Shown here: positions 50,583-62,329 of the stretch, one piece after another
Layout of the letters: each line of letters begins with the position of its first letter
Position numbering within the stretch: position 1 is the first letter of the stretch
Assembly (NCBI RefSeq): GCF_003918875.1
Contig: NW_025765431.1
Location: 62,001 to 126,000, forward strand
Direction: 5' to 3'
Length of the DNA stretch: 64,000 nt
From: Haliotis rubra
Lineage: Eukaryota
Position numbers and translations under genes: made by a program
The notes under the pieces: generated by a model
Database searches by the model: none
Told to the model about the DNA's origin: nothing
What the model saw: the letters and a program-made list of their open reading frames with translations, nothing else

Positions 50583-53545
50583 ACAATAATTACATTAATC
50601 ATGTTATAAAAATTAAGGGGGTCTTCTGGTTCTCTAATATGCGACATAGTATTTATATATGGAACCCTTACATTGCCTTAGAGCTGCAACTTTTAACATT
50701 AATATTATATATTATGACTTCTTGACATTCTTGTTTTATTTCCAAAGAACTCATAATGACTACAAACCCTTATGTAGAACTTCAATTCTGCTCTCAAACA
50801 ATACAGTAATAGGAATACAATGTATGTGATTATTTTCACATTTATCAACAATTCATGCATTGAGAATACATTTATTTTACAGTTTGTATCTTTACAACTA
50901 CAACTCGTTGGAGGATCCAAGGGGGGTTCAAGGGGTTCGAACCCACCCCACCCCCATTGAAAATTCCTGGTATTTGTGTAAGTGTATCTGTTGGCTCAGA
51001 ATACTTAATTAAAGTAGGACTTGTTAATTCATACACACAGTACACGTGTCCTCTGCCTGCATAACTGTTCAAATTCTGTAGCCAAATGATCATGCGTGTG
51101 TAGGTGTATGTGCGGCTGCTTGTACTAGCTTAAGCTGATTTTATAATGCTAGCCCACTGAGATACCATGCCGCAGTGAAATATGAATTCCCCACTCAGAC
51201 ACATTATACTGACTCCAAGCCGACCAGTCCTTGTTTTACCCATTAATGCCGAGCGCCAGGCAGGGACCAACAAGTACCATATTTTAACGTCTTTTGGTAT
51301 GACGCGGTCGGGGATCGAACCCGCGACCTTCCGCTCTCCGGGTGGACGCTCTAACCACTACTCCACGGAGGCGGTCCCAAATGGCTTATATGACGAAGGT
51401 AGCAGTGTAGTGTACCTCAGTGCAACCAACCATAACCTTTGTTGTTTTAACGCGTCTAACTTTTGGGAGGACACCGACTTATCAAACCGGGTACCCATTC
51501 ACTGCTGGATGAACAGAGGCAATTCATGAACATACCTACTTGCCTAAGGTGAGACCTCATGTGTCACGTGTGCTTCGTCGTTGGGCAGGACTGAAGTCCT
51601 GTACGCGATCAACGTTGCTTAACTTCAAGTGATTAGTGCCCTGGACTCTATGCACAGGACCACACAGCACGACACCACTGGTAAAAAACCAGAAAAGTCC
51701 GGGAGCTTATGGTACACATAAAAATAGGTCATTTCCAGTGGGAGTCTGGACTTGCTTCATTTTTTAATTTTGCACTGGAGAAAGGGTTGGTTGGAAAAGA
51801 AAATGTTGAGGTTCTAGGACCACGCGACAGACTTCGCATGTGTAAGGTCCGAACGATGCAGAGCGAATGTTCTTCGTACAAAGAGGGAAATGCATTTAAA
51901 ACCCTACAAGTCAAAACATTGATTACACAACAATCTCGCTTCCTGGTGATTGGGTTCCGTCCTATTGCGCAACTTAGTACCATATCCAGTCCAGAATTTT
52001 GAGATCAACTCATTCAGTTTGATACATAAATATTAATCAGTATTATTTGACACATCTAACCGCTTGTATATTGCAACACTACGCTCCTTCTAGTCCTTGC
52101 AAACACGTCGTGTAGCGTGCTCTGTCGTACAGCGTGCTCTGACAAAAGGAAATCTGGAAATCTTAGAAATTTCAAAACGAGGCTCGGCCGCTAGAGATGT
52201 TTGGCGGTCTGGTACGGACTTGATATTATATCAATCACATTGTGCGTTGTATAACGACACTGAATAAGCGCAAAGAACACATAACAGGTGTTACCAGTGA
52301 GCCAGACGAATTTCTGAATCAATTTATGATCTCATCAACCAGGGTCAGTCTGTGACGTCTTAGTTAAGGCCATGCTGACTACACCTCGCCATAAAATATA
52401 GTAATACGATTAAAGTTTAAAATTAAAATTAACTTGTAAACACCATTTTCTTATGAAACAGGGAATTGGAATTCAGAGTAACCATAGTGTCTCGGTTTAG
52501 TTTTACGCCGCACTTAGCAATATTCCAGCTATATTGCGGCGGTCTGTAAATAATCGAGTCTGGACCAGACAATCCAGTGATGAGCAGCATAAGCATCGAT
52601 CTACGCAATTTGGATACGATCACATGTGTCAAACAAGTCAGCGAGCCTGACCACCCGATCCCGTTAGTCACCTCCTACGACAAGCATGAGTTACTGAAGG
52701 TCAATTCTGTCCCGGATCTTCACGGGTTTGGGAAACAGTGAATCTTTCTAACCATACCAATCCATTACATGTAGCTTCAGTGTCTTACAATTAGTTATAG
52801 CGCTGGTTATTGGTCACTGTGCCGTTTGCAGGACACGTATATAGATCTGGGCAAGCAGAAGCTTTACCTACATTTGTGCTGATCACAGCTGGTGACTTCA
52901 TAATTTCTATTGGAACAATGCATTTGACGACTGCCGGCCTGGCGGTGTTCATCTGGACGAGGTCTGCCAATATATATATACGAATGCAATTTTCTATAAT
53001 CCTATTTCTATTGCATCTAGGACGTCTGGAATGCCTATACTAACATGATATAACCGTTGATATTGGTGACACACATTGTGTTGCCTTTAAATACAAGATG
53101 GTTTGCGCCGTACATCTGCTACATGCTGAGGTATACGTACTCTCAAAGAAGACAATTTTTTTGATTCGGACACATTTGTTGTAAGGTATGTCATTTGGGC
53201 ATTTTGAAACGTGTGTTATTGAGATGTACTAATAGAAGGAACTTGGTCATTAAGGAAAATAACAGTGGGGGAAATTTCATTTCATTTTTCAATACATGCA
53301 ACTGAATAATTTGTTTCAATTAAGTTACTGTTTTCAGTGTATCTTGTATCACATTTGATAAATCTGTTGTTGTATTTCAGTCTGTTTCAACGATCGGCGG
53401 TTCACTTTGATTACTTTTTTTTGTTTGGGGTTAAAAGGCGATACCGATACCGTGGCAACCGAGGATCAACCGGCAGGTGCCACAGATCTACAGGCTGTCT
53501 GAAAGATTGAAATATCGACACTTCACCAGTAACACAACTTTTGGA

Positions 53546-53798
53546 ATGGCCACGTTCCGTTCTGTTGCAAAATTATCTGCGGCTGTGATTGTTTGCTTGA
53601 CTTTGACGACTATTTTTGTTGGGTACTTTCACAACCAACAATACCGCTTTGAGCCAATAGTGAACACTGTCAGTTCACAAGATGTTCATTCACGGGAGGT
53701 GCTGAATTTATCGAAGGACTCCCGCAAAGAATTCCAGGAGTCATTGGGACAATACATGTCTGGAAATATCAAATTTGAGGATTTGCATCTTCATAAAG
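53546..53798 (+). CDS. C1GALT1: C1GALT1-like copy B, coding exon 1
   Basis: Paralog of 41953-42205, same 253-nt length, 7 amino-acid differences. Confidence 0.85.
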
Positions 53799-55713
53799 GT
53801 TAGTTTTAGTTGGCATTAAAGTCTTTCAATCAGTGAGTAGGTCTGTTTCAAACCACTGTGAACAGGCTCTTAGCTAATTTACTGAGAGCATGATTTAAAT
53901 CTTATATCCGCTTGAAAGAAAGATGTGCACCTATATATTATTCATTTGGAATAATCTCTCTAAATATTCTATTTCAGTGTCAAGTGTTCTCGTCATGATA
54001 TGGCTGAAATATTGCCGATGTGACGTTAAATAATAACTCACTCACTCACTCATATGGAATAAGGAAGTTAAATGTTTTGCACATTAGATTAAGATATATG
54101 ACGAGTACACTTAATTATGATTTATTTAGAATAAATGTAAAACAATGAGGCATCATGTCAATGTGACCATGGATGTAAGAATGTTTTTCATTACTTCCTT
54201 GAATGTCCGTTGTATGCTATTTAAAGACATAAACTGTAAAAATCTTTATAAAATATTGCTAACAATAGAACACTAATTGGTATTAATCTCATCATACATG
54301 GCAATGCATGTCTCTCAATGATTGAAAACCAGAATGATTTCAGATATGTACATATCTATATTTCTCAAACAAAACTTTTTCTCATCATCTGTTGTACATA
54401 TCCTAGCCTATGTCTGCCACTTATGTACATTGTTGTAAGATGAATTGTGTAATTATTAGGAGAGGGCTTTTCTAAGTTGAATAACTTGTTCCCAATACTT
54501 TTCTTGAATGGATAAAATATGTTTCAATTCAATAACTGCGCGCTATGTATATGCTATGAATGAAACCCTGAAACAACGCAGGCCAAGTATATTTACCACT
54601 TTATTAATTCCATGAAGTCACAAAACAGCTGACACACCAAGAATTTGATTGCTAAAGACCAACTAATCCTAACACGGCAAAGGGATGTAACTGTGCACAG
54701 TGAATTACAAAACTTCATATTGTGCCACCTTGATTTTCCACCAACACAGTTTTTCAACCCAATCTTCATTGCAGTCACAATGGCGGAAGTTAGAAAAACG
54801 GTCAGTGCTTACTATAGAGATTAAGCAAATTAGTTGAATCCAAACCTCTGCCATAACCTTAAGAAGACAGTCATTTGTACATATGTGGGATCGACATGAA
54901 GATGATGGGAAGGCATGTTTCCTGCATATTGTTCAATTCAATCAAGATAACAAATTATTCAACAGAATATTATACCCGCTGTGTTTGTTTAGAAGACCAC
55001 ATTACAGGACACATGGGAAACATGTAATTTTATGTAATAATACTTTGAATATAATCTACAGAAAACTTCTCGTAAAAGTTGCATTTGACACTTTCTAAAC
55101 ATGTAACGATTATTATAGGTGGCAACCTAACGTTAGGGGACTGCATTTTTTGCAAATATCTTTTTTGTTTTCGTTTCAATGTAAAAGTGTTTACATGTAC
55201 CTTCATGTTTCTCCGTGACTTAACAGGAAGCTATTTCTGATGTCACGGTGATCGCCTATTTAAAAAGATACCTATATAACTATCATTACTTTTTCATAAT
55301 AGTTTTGATCAACTCATTCCGGGCGTTGGTTCAATTGATGTAATGTCTGACAGGAGACGTAAGCATGTGAACACGTGCAGGACGCCATTTGTTTCTGGAT
55401 CTGGTAACACTAAAATCTGGTACATCTAAAATGTGGTGACCCTTTTCGTCTTAGATATATGACGAGACCTTATGTTTTACTTCTACGTTCACTCTCTATG
55501 CAAAATTTGTCCCCCAATTTCACTATGTGAGAAACCAATTTCTAGCCTCACCATAGTAGTGTTGCCATAATATCGCTACGTGTGGCGTAAAACCTTTTCA
55601 CTCCACTCCATTCACACGTTTCAAGCTTCTCTCTAATTCCTTCCCCTCGTCTTTGCATAGTTGCAATAATTCAAACCCTGTCGATGTAACTGATTCCTGC
55701 TTTATTAAAACAG

Positions 55714-56372
55714 ACACTGATGCCATATCCAAGGCTCTATATCAGAAGGAGCGGGTACTCTGCTGGATTATGACGACACCAAAGAACCTGGATGTTAAAA
55801 CACGTGTAGTTCGTGACACGTGGAGTAGGCGCTGCAACAAAGTCCTCTTCATGAGCTCTGTGGCAGATCCAAAGTTCCCTACAATCGGATTAAACGTGTC
55901 GGAAGGCCGAAGGCATCTGACGGCCAAAACGATGCATGCTTTCCGCTACATCTACGAAAACCACTTTGATGATGCTGACTGGTTCATGAAGGCTGACGAT
56001 GATACATATGTTATTTTAGAAAATCTCCGATACTTTCTGACGTCCCAAAACAAATCCGAACCTGTGTTTTTTGGCCATCATTTTAAGGCAAAAGTCAAAC
56101 AAGGGTTCAATAGCGGCGGAGGGAGGTATGTGCTGAGTAAGGAGGCACTGAGGCGATATGGGGAGAAGGGACACGATCCCAAACTGTGCCATCCTGATGG
56201 TGGTTCAGAGGATCTAGACTTTGGCATATGTATGGAGAACCTGGGGGTGAGAACGGTCAACACAACAGACGCCCTCGGGAGGAGCAGATTCCACTGTTTT
56301 ACTCCTGAGATACACTTGGAGGGAGGCTACCCAAAATGGTATTACCAATACGATGCAAATGGTGCCAAGAAG
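55714..56372 (+). CDS. C1GALT1: C1GALT1-like copy B, exon 2 (GT31 catalytic domain, GGGRY variant)
   Basis: Same motifs and 659-nt length as copy A; open frame and intact splice sites. Confidence 0.93.
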
Positions 56373-56936
56373 GTACGACAAACACAGAATATTCTATTTA
56401 TCCTTTTGAAACTTGTATCTGTCTGATTTAAAATCTGACAAAGCCTGTGTAGCAGTTGGTCAGGTGTATCGTTCGCTCTTGTATATCCACCAGTCCATTG
56501 TGATCATATATCAACCCAATTTATGAAAATCAGATATGATATTAATGTTATAACGAGTATGAACCATCAAATACCCAGAAGTAGAACGACCCGTGAAGAT
56601 CCGGGTTTGAATATTGATCTTCAGTAACCCATGCTTGTCGTAAGAGGCGACTAACGGGATTTGGTGGTCAGGCTCGCTGACTTGGTTGACACATGTCATC
56701 GTTTTCCAATTGCGCAGATCGATGCTCATGTTGTTAATCACTGGATTGTCTGGTCCAGACACGATTATTTACAGACCGCCGCTATATACCTGGGCTATTG
56801 CTGAGTGCGGCGTAAAACTAAACTCACTCACTCACTTAGAAGTAGGACAGTTCGTAACTCCTATTTACAAAATGAAATCGACATCGGAGTATTCGTTAGC
56901 ATAACGTAAAGGTCTCACGGAAAACATCTATTTCAG

Positions 56937-57116
56937 GGCGCAGACAGTGTTTCCGACTACGCCATCTCCTTCCACTACATATCCCCACAGGAGATGTACT
57001 TTCTGGAGTTTTACATCTACCACTTACGACCGTATGGCATAGTGTCCGGCACTCAGGAGCTCAACAGACATGTGAAGGTGAAACCAGGAACTTTGATACA
57101 ACCACATGCGAAGTGA
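56937..57116 (+). CDS. C1GALT1: C1GALT1-like copy B, exon 3 (stop)
   Basis: SFHYISPQEMYFLEFYIYHLRPYG...AK*; 180 nt. Confidence 0.92.
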   Translation, partial: GADSVSDYAISFHYISPQEMYFLEFYIYHLRPYGIVSGTQELNRHVKVKPGTLIQPHAK

Positions 57117-58140
57117 CACTGAGAACGTCATTCGACTGATGACGTGTTCGACATCTAAGTTACATCACCTGCTTGGTGGTAGTCGTTTCACAGAGCGACA
57201 TTATAACCCTCTGTTCGACAACGTAATATCTCTTAGAATTATTGCTTTTAAACTGTTTCATTTTTGTACATTGTTGGGTTTATCTCGTTTGCATAATCGT
57301 GCTGTAATCATGTATATATTAACCGTCAGTTGTGCCGCAGCAACATATACTCTTACAAAAAGTAGGGGAACCTGCGCTTTGAATTTGGTTAGGAAGTATA
57401 AGCGTTAACCAACCTTTAAAAGACTGTACAAACAACTATGGTCATAAGGAAGTGCAAGAGGGGATGTACTCTCAAAACATTCATTATTATCATATCAACA
57501 TTGAATTGACTACGATATATCTCCCATTTTTGTCAACCGTAAATTAGAAATGAAGTTCCCCTACTCTTTTTGAAGAGTAAATATTATGGCATTTACAACC
57601 TTAATTGGTTCTCCTCGTGGCCGTGTCTGTTATCACATTAATAATGACTAAAGGTATTTCCAAATAGGCTTGAGATCTCGCATGGAAACAATTCATTCAT
57701 TGAACTAATTCCCAGTTTGTTTGTTGTTTAATGTCGTACTAGACAATATTCCAGCTATAAGGTGGCGGTGTGTAAATAATCAAGTCTGAACCAAACAATC
57801 GAGTGATCACCAGCATGAGCATCGGTCTGTGCAATTGGCATACGATGATATGTATCAACCAAGTCAGCGAGCCTGACTATCCGACCCGACAAGCATGGGT
57901 TGCTGAAGGATATTGCTGTGTGCTGCGTTAAGCAACAAACAGAACACTGTTTGCCAGCTCTAACAACAAGCACAAGTTTCTGAAGACCAGTTGTGGAGTG
58001 GAAATATAAAGGAGATTATGTTTTGTATATTTATATAAATAAAAACATCATCAGGAACATGTAACTGCAGGTATTACAGATATATCCGACAAACGTAGAA
58101 AGTCTTTGTACGTTTACGTTTACTTTTACTTCGTCGTAAG

Positions 58141-58388
58141 AGTGAGTGAGTGAGTTTAGTTTTACGCCGCACTCAACAATATTCCAGCTATATGGCGGCG
58201 GTCTGTAGATAATGGAGTCTGGTCCAGACAATCCAGTGACCAACAGCATGAGCATCGATCTACGCAATTGGAAACTGATGACATGTGTCAACCAAGTCAG
58301 CGAGCTTGACCTCCCGATCCCGTTAGTCGCCTCTTACGACAAGCATGGGTTACTGAAGATCAATATTCTAACCCGGATCTTCACGGGT
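58141..58388 (-). mobile_element. Type-2 retroposon, full length
   Basis: 15-bp TSD TACTTCGTCGTAAGA. Confidence 0.9.
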
Positions 58389-61300
58389 ACTTCGTCGTAA
58401 GATGTTGACATGGACATCTTCGGTTTTAACAAAGAACTGAATACCTTATTCGTATTTCATCGTGTCGAATGTCATTGGGTTACAAGTTCATTTCGAAACA
58501 AAATGCTTTTATCACTATTCGAATCATATGCTCGGGATGTCCATAAACCGACTTGTAGTTCCAGGTTTAACGGGTATGTATGTCAGATGATGTACCAAGC
58601 TGAAATGATGGGTGTATGGATGTGAGAATGTATATAATATTATACGGAGGTCGGGGGCAATCGTGACTGGCTTTTGTGACGAAAGGAAATGGCCATAGGA
58701 AATGTAACGACATATGGTCGTCTTGACAAAATGTATTTATCTGCTAAAAGGACAGTACAGGAAGTAGATTTACCGGTCAGTAAATTCTTTTCATTCCTGT
58801 CCCTTATTGTGGAACAGATGTTAATTATTTCAACGCGATTTTGCGAATTCTGTGTTTGAAACTCAGTGTTATTAAAGAGCGATTACCATATGTGGAATGA
58901 AATCTATCAATAGTGGGGAAAAGAGATATTTTTTAAGCCCTGTTCTATTAAATACGCTTTTGTATCGGACTTTGAAACACTATTGTTCCGGAGGGTAAGC
59001 GGTTTAGTGGTTCAAGCGTTCGCTTGTCACGGGTTTTGTTCCCACCATGGGTACAATGTGTGAAGCCCATTTCTGGTGTCCCCCGCCATGATACTTGACC
59101 GGTCGATACTGATTCCAGAGACCCATCTAATGGACGTAGGGATCCAAACACCCAGCCAGTAGTTATAGGAATTGTAGATATGCCCGATAGATGGATACAG
59201 GCGTCATACTGTTATTTTGCTGTATTCAATAGTTCTTTCTGGTGTCCTCTGCCATGATACTTGACCTGTTGATACTGATTCTAGAGTCCCATCTAATGGA
59301 CGGAGGGATCCAAACACCCAGCCAGTAGTTATAGGAATTGTAGATATGCCCGATAGATGGATACAGGCGTCATACTGTTATTTGGCTGTATTCAGTAGTT
59401 TTTTCTGGTGTCCCCCGCCGTAATATTGTTGGAATATTGCTAAAAGCGGCGGAAACCCATCATGGGCTCACTCACACGAAGGACTATCGGCCCACTACTG
59501 TGTACGGATTCGCTGATTGTTAGATTTATTCCTCAATTCGATGCCCACTATCATCCTTGCTTTGTAGGCACTGTGCTAAGTAATATGATTTCATCAAATA
59601 TCGTAGGAAGGAATTGATTTATTCTGCTAATATATTACCCTCCAGGTGGTCTTTTCCAGTACGTTCCGTGTTTGAGTCAATAAGGGATTTTCTCTGTTAA
59701 TTTTTATTGTTTTGAGTCAAATGTATTAGTTTTGTACGCCAAATCATGTCTAAATGTCAGTTTTTGAAACAACGTGAACTCAGTTGTATTGTAATGTAGC
59801 TTTTATGAAAATTAAAAATACCATTTCTGTCTGAATGTCTGCCTGTCTGTCGATCAAGCCTTTGTATTGACGGTCACGCCTCTGTGATAATTATATTTAG
59901 ATTGTTGGGTTTGTACGTATCAATCAGCAATGAAGGTGATCAATATAAAACGGAAATATGGAAGTGATGCCCACTTGCTTGATAACGGTATCAGTATCTA
60001 CACCGAAACGTCGCATGCAGTGCAATAAAGAAGTTGACTATCCACAGAACTTGGTTTTTCTTATCTTTACAACAGTACTTCTAACATACATCTCAAAGAT
60101 GTTACAACACTATAAAGTATCTAAAATCGCGAATCACCACACATAACTGTACCTCGGCAACCTATGCTAGTCGTTAGAGGCGCATTGATGGATCCGTGAG
60201 ATTATAGGGATAGGGCTGGCTCCCAACAACCTGTGTTGGTCGTAAGCCGCGTAAACATGGATCCGAGAGGTTTCTTGGAAAGGGCTGGTTCCCAACAACC
60301 CGTGTTTGTCGTTAGCCACGACTGGGTGGATCCGTGAGATTTCAGAGATAAGACTTGTTGGTCGTTAGCCACGACGTGATGGATATGTCAGGTTTCAGGA
60401 ATAGGACTGGTCCCCAACAACCTGTGTTGGTCGTTATCCACGATTGGATGGATCCATGAGATTTCAGAGATAAGACTTGATGGTCGTTAGCCACGACTGG
60501 ATGAATATGTCAGGTTTCAGGAACAGGACTGGTCCCCATCAACTTATGTTGGTCGATAGCAGATGGATCCGTGGGAACTTTGTACCCATGTGGGGATTCG
60601 AATCCGGGTCTTCGGCGAGGCGAGCGGACGCTTTACCACTGGGCTACCCCACCGCCCCTGGTGGAAAGGGGCGACTTGGCTGATGTGTGGGGCTTCCAAT
60701 TGGTCAGTATCGGCAACGTTGCTATTGCGTGTCAGTGTATCATGACAGCATATAATATCAATACCTTGGCTGTGTGGAACCGACTCGATTATTTACAGGC
60801 CCGCCGCCGTGTACGTGTGTAATGAGGTGAGGTGAAATTGGGTTTTACGTCGTGCTTGAGAATATTTCGCTCATATGACGACGTGCATGCGTGTGTATGT
60901 GTATGTGCGGCTGCTTGTACTAGCCCAGACTTAAGCTGGTTTTATAGTGCTAGGTCAATGAGATACCATACCGCAGTGAAGCATGAATACCCCACTCAGA
61001 CACATTATACTGACTCCGAGCCGACCAGTTCTTGTTGTACCCATTAATGCCGAGCGCCAGGCAGGGACCAACAAGTACCATATTTTAACGTCTTTTGGTA
61101 TGACGCAGTCGGGGATCGAACCCGCGACCTTCCGCTCTCCGGGCGGACGCTCTAATCACTACACTACGGAGGCGGTCCACGTGTGTAATGAAGCGATCTT
61201 TAAACTTTCTTTAAGTATGAACAGAGAGTGTTCCTCGTCCCTTCTGTGAGTCCATACTGTGAGGACAATTGTATTTCAAGTATAGTAAACCATCTTAGGA

Positions 61301-61897
61301 TTAAACACAGTGCCTTTGTTATCAGTCTTCTAAATCGTCTGGAACTCAATTTGCGAAGCATGGATGCATGATAAGTATTTTATGTGCGCTTCGTTGATTA
61401 TGGCGACTAGATAAAGGGACGTAACACCCAGCGCCAATCGAACCCTCTTCAATTTTGTGTTCTTACTATTGCTGTCTCTTTATCCTCATACTACTACTAG
61501 TGTTGCAACAGCTACAACAACATCAACTACTACTACTACCACACCAACAGCAACTACTACTACTACTACTATTACTACAACAGCTACTACCGCTAAACCG
61601 TGGAGATCCGTGATCGGGTGGTCAGGCTCGGAGACTTGGCTGACGTACGTGGCGTCGTATCCCAACTGCGCTGATTGATGCTCATTATGTTAAGCACTGG
61701 ATTGTCTGGCCGAGACTCGATCATTCGCCGTCACATAGCTAGAAAACGCCTGCTGTCTCCTTAAAAAACACACAAACAAACATAACTACTACTACTACTA
61801 CTACTACTAAGAATAATTACATAAATCATGTTATAAAAATTAAGGGGTCTTCTGGTTCTCTAATATGCGACATAGTATTTGTATATGGAACCCTTAA

Positions 61898-62329
61898 AGG
61901 AGAATCCGAACGAAAACAAAACTTTTGATATATTGTAAAGGAAATTCTAAAAGTCACATTCCGTAATTAAAATTGAACAAAAAGTTTGTAAAATAGCAAT
62001 AAAAACACAAAAAACGTACTCGTATTTCCGCCAGGCAACAGAATACACCATCGTACCATTTACAAAAACGACAGAAACAACACGATTTGGACTTCTGTAG
62101 CGCTTGGTCTTTGGCAATATGGCGGACTCCAGGCACATTTGACGTCACGAGCGGAAAGGTCACGTGGGTTCCAGCGAAATATGCATAATGGCCGAAGCTG
62201 AGATTTACAGAAACTGTTTTCGCGAGTAAAACATAATTATACATAATTTTTAATTGAAAATTTGGGAATATGTTTCTGATGACTTTATCTTTCACCCAGC
62301 AAATTATTGCAATTCACTCGTATTCTCCT
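61898..62329. mobile_element. Non-autonomous TTAA-targeting DNA transposon (Kolobok-like)
   Basis: TTAA|AGGAGAATCCGA...TCGTATTCTCCT|TTAA; absent from unit A; related internal fragment at ~27775-27860. Confidence 0.72.

Larger units (their letters stand above)
37450..51084 (+). repeat. Tandem segmental duplication, unit A
   Basis: Colinear with 51091-62736 from catgcgtgtg to aaattctgtagcca, including unique sequence, gene and SINEs. Confidence 0.9.

Noticed and set aside
58350-58362. Hammerhead core CUGAAGA on the antisense strand of the type-2 head
   Set aside because: No matching GAAA element, and other copies read CUGAAGG; it is simply one arm of the stem.
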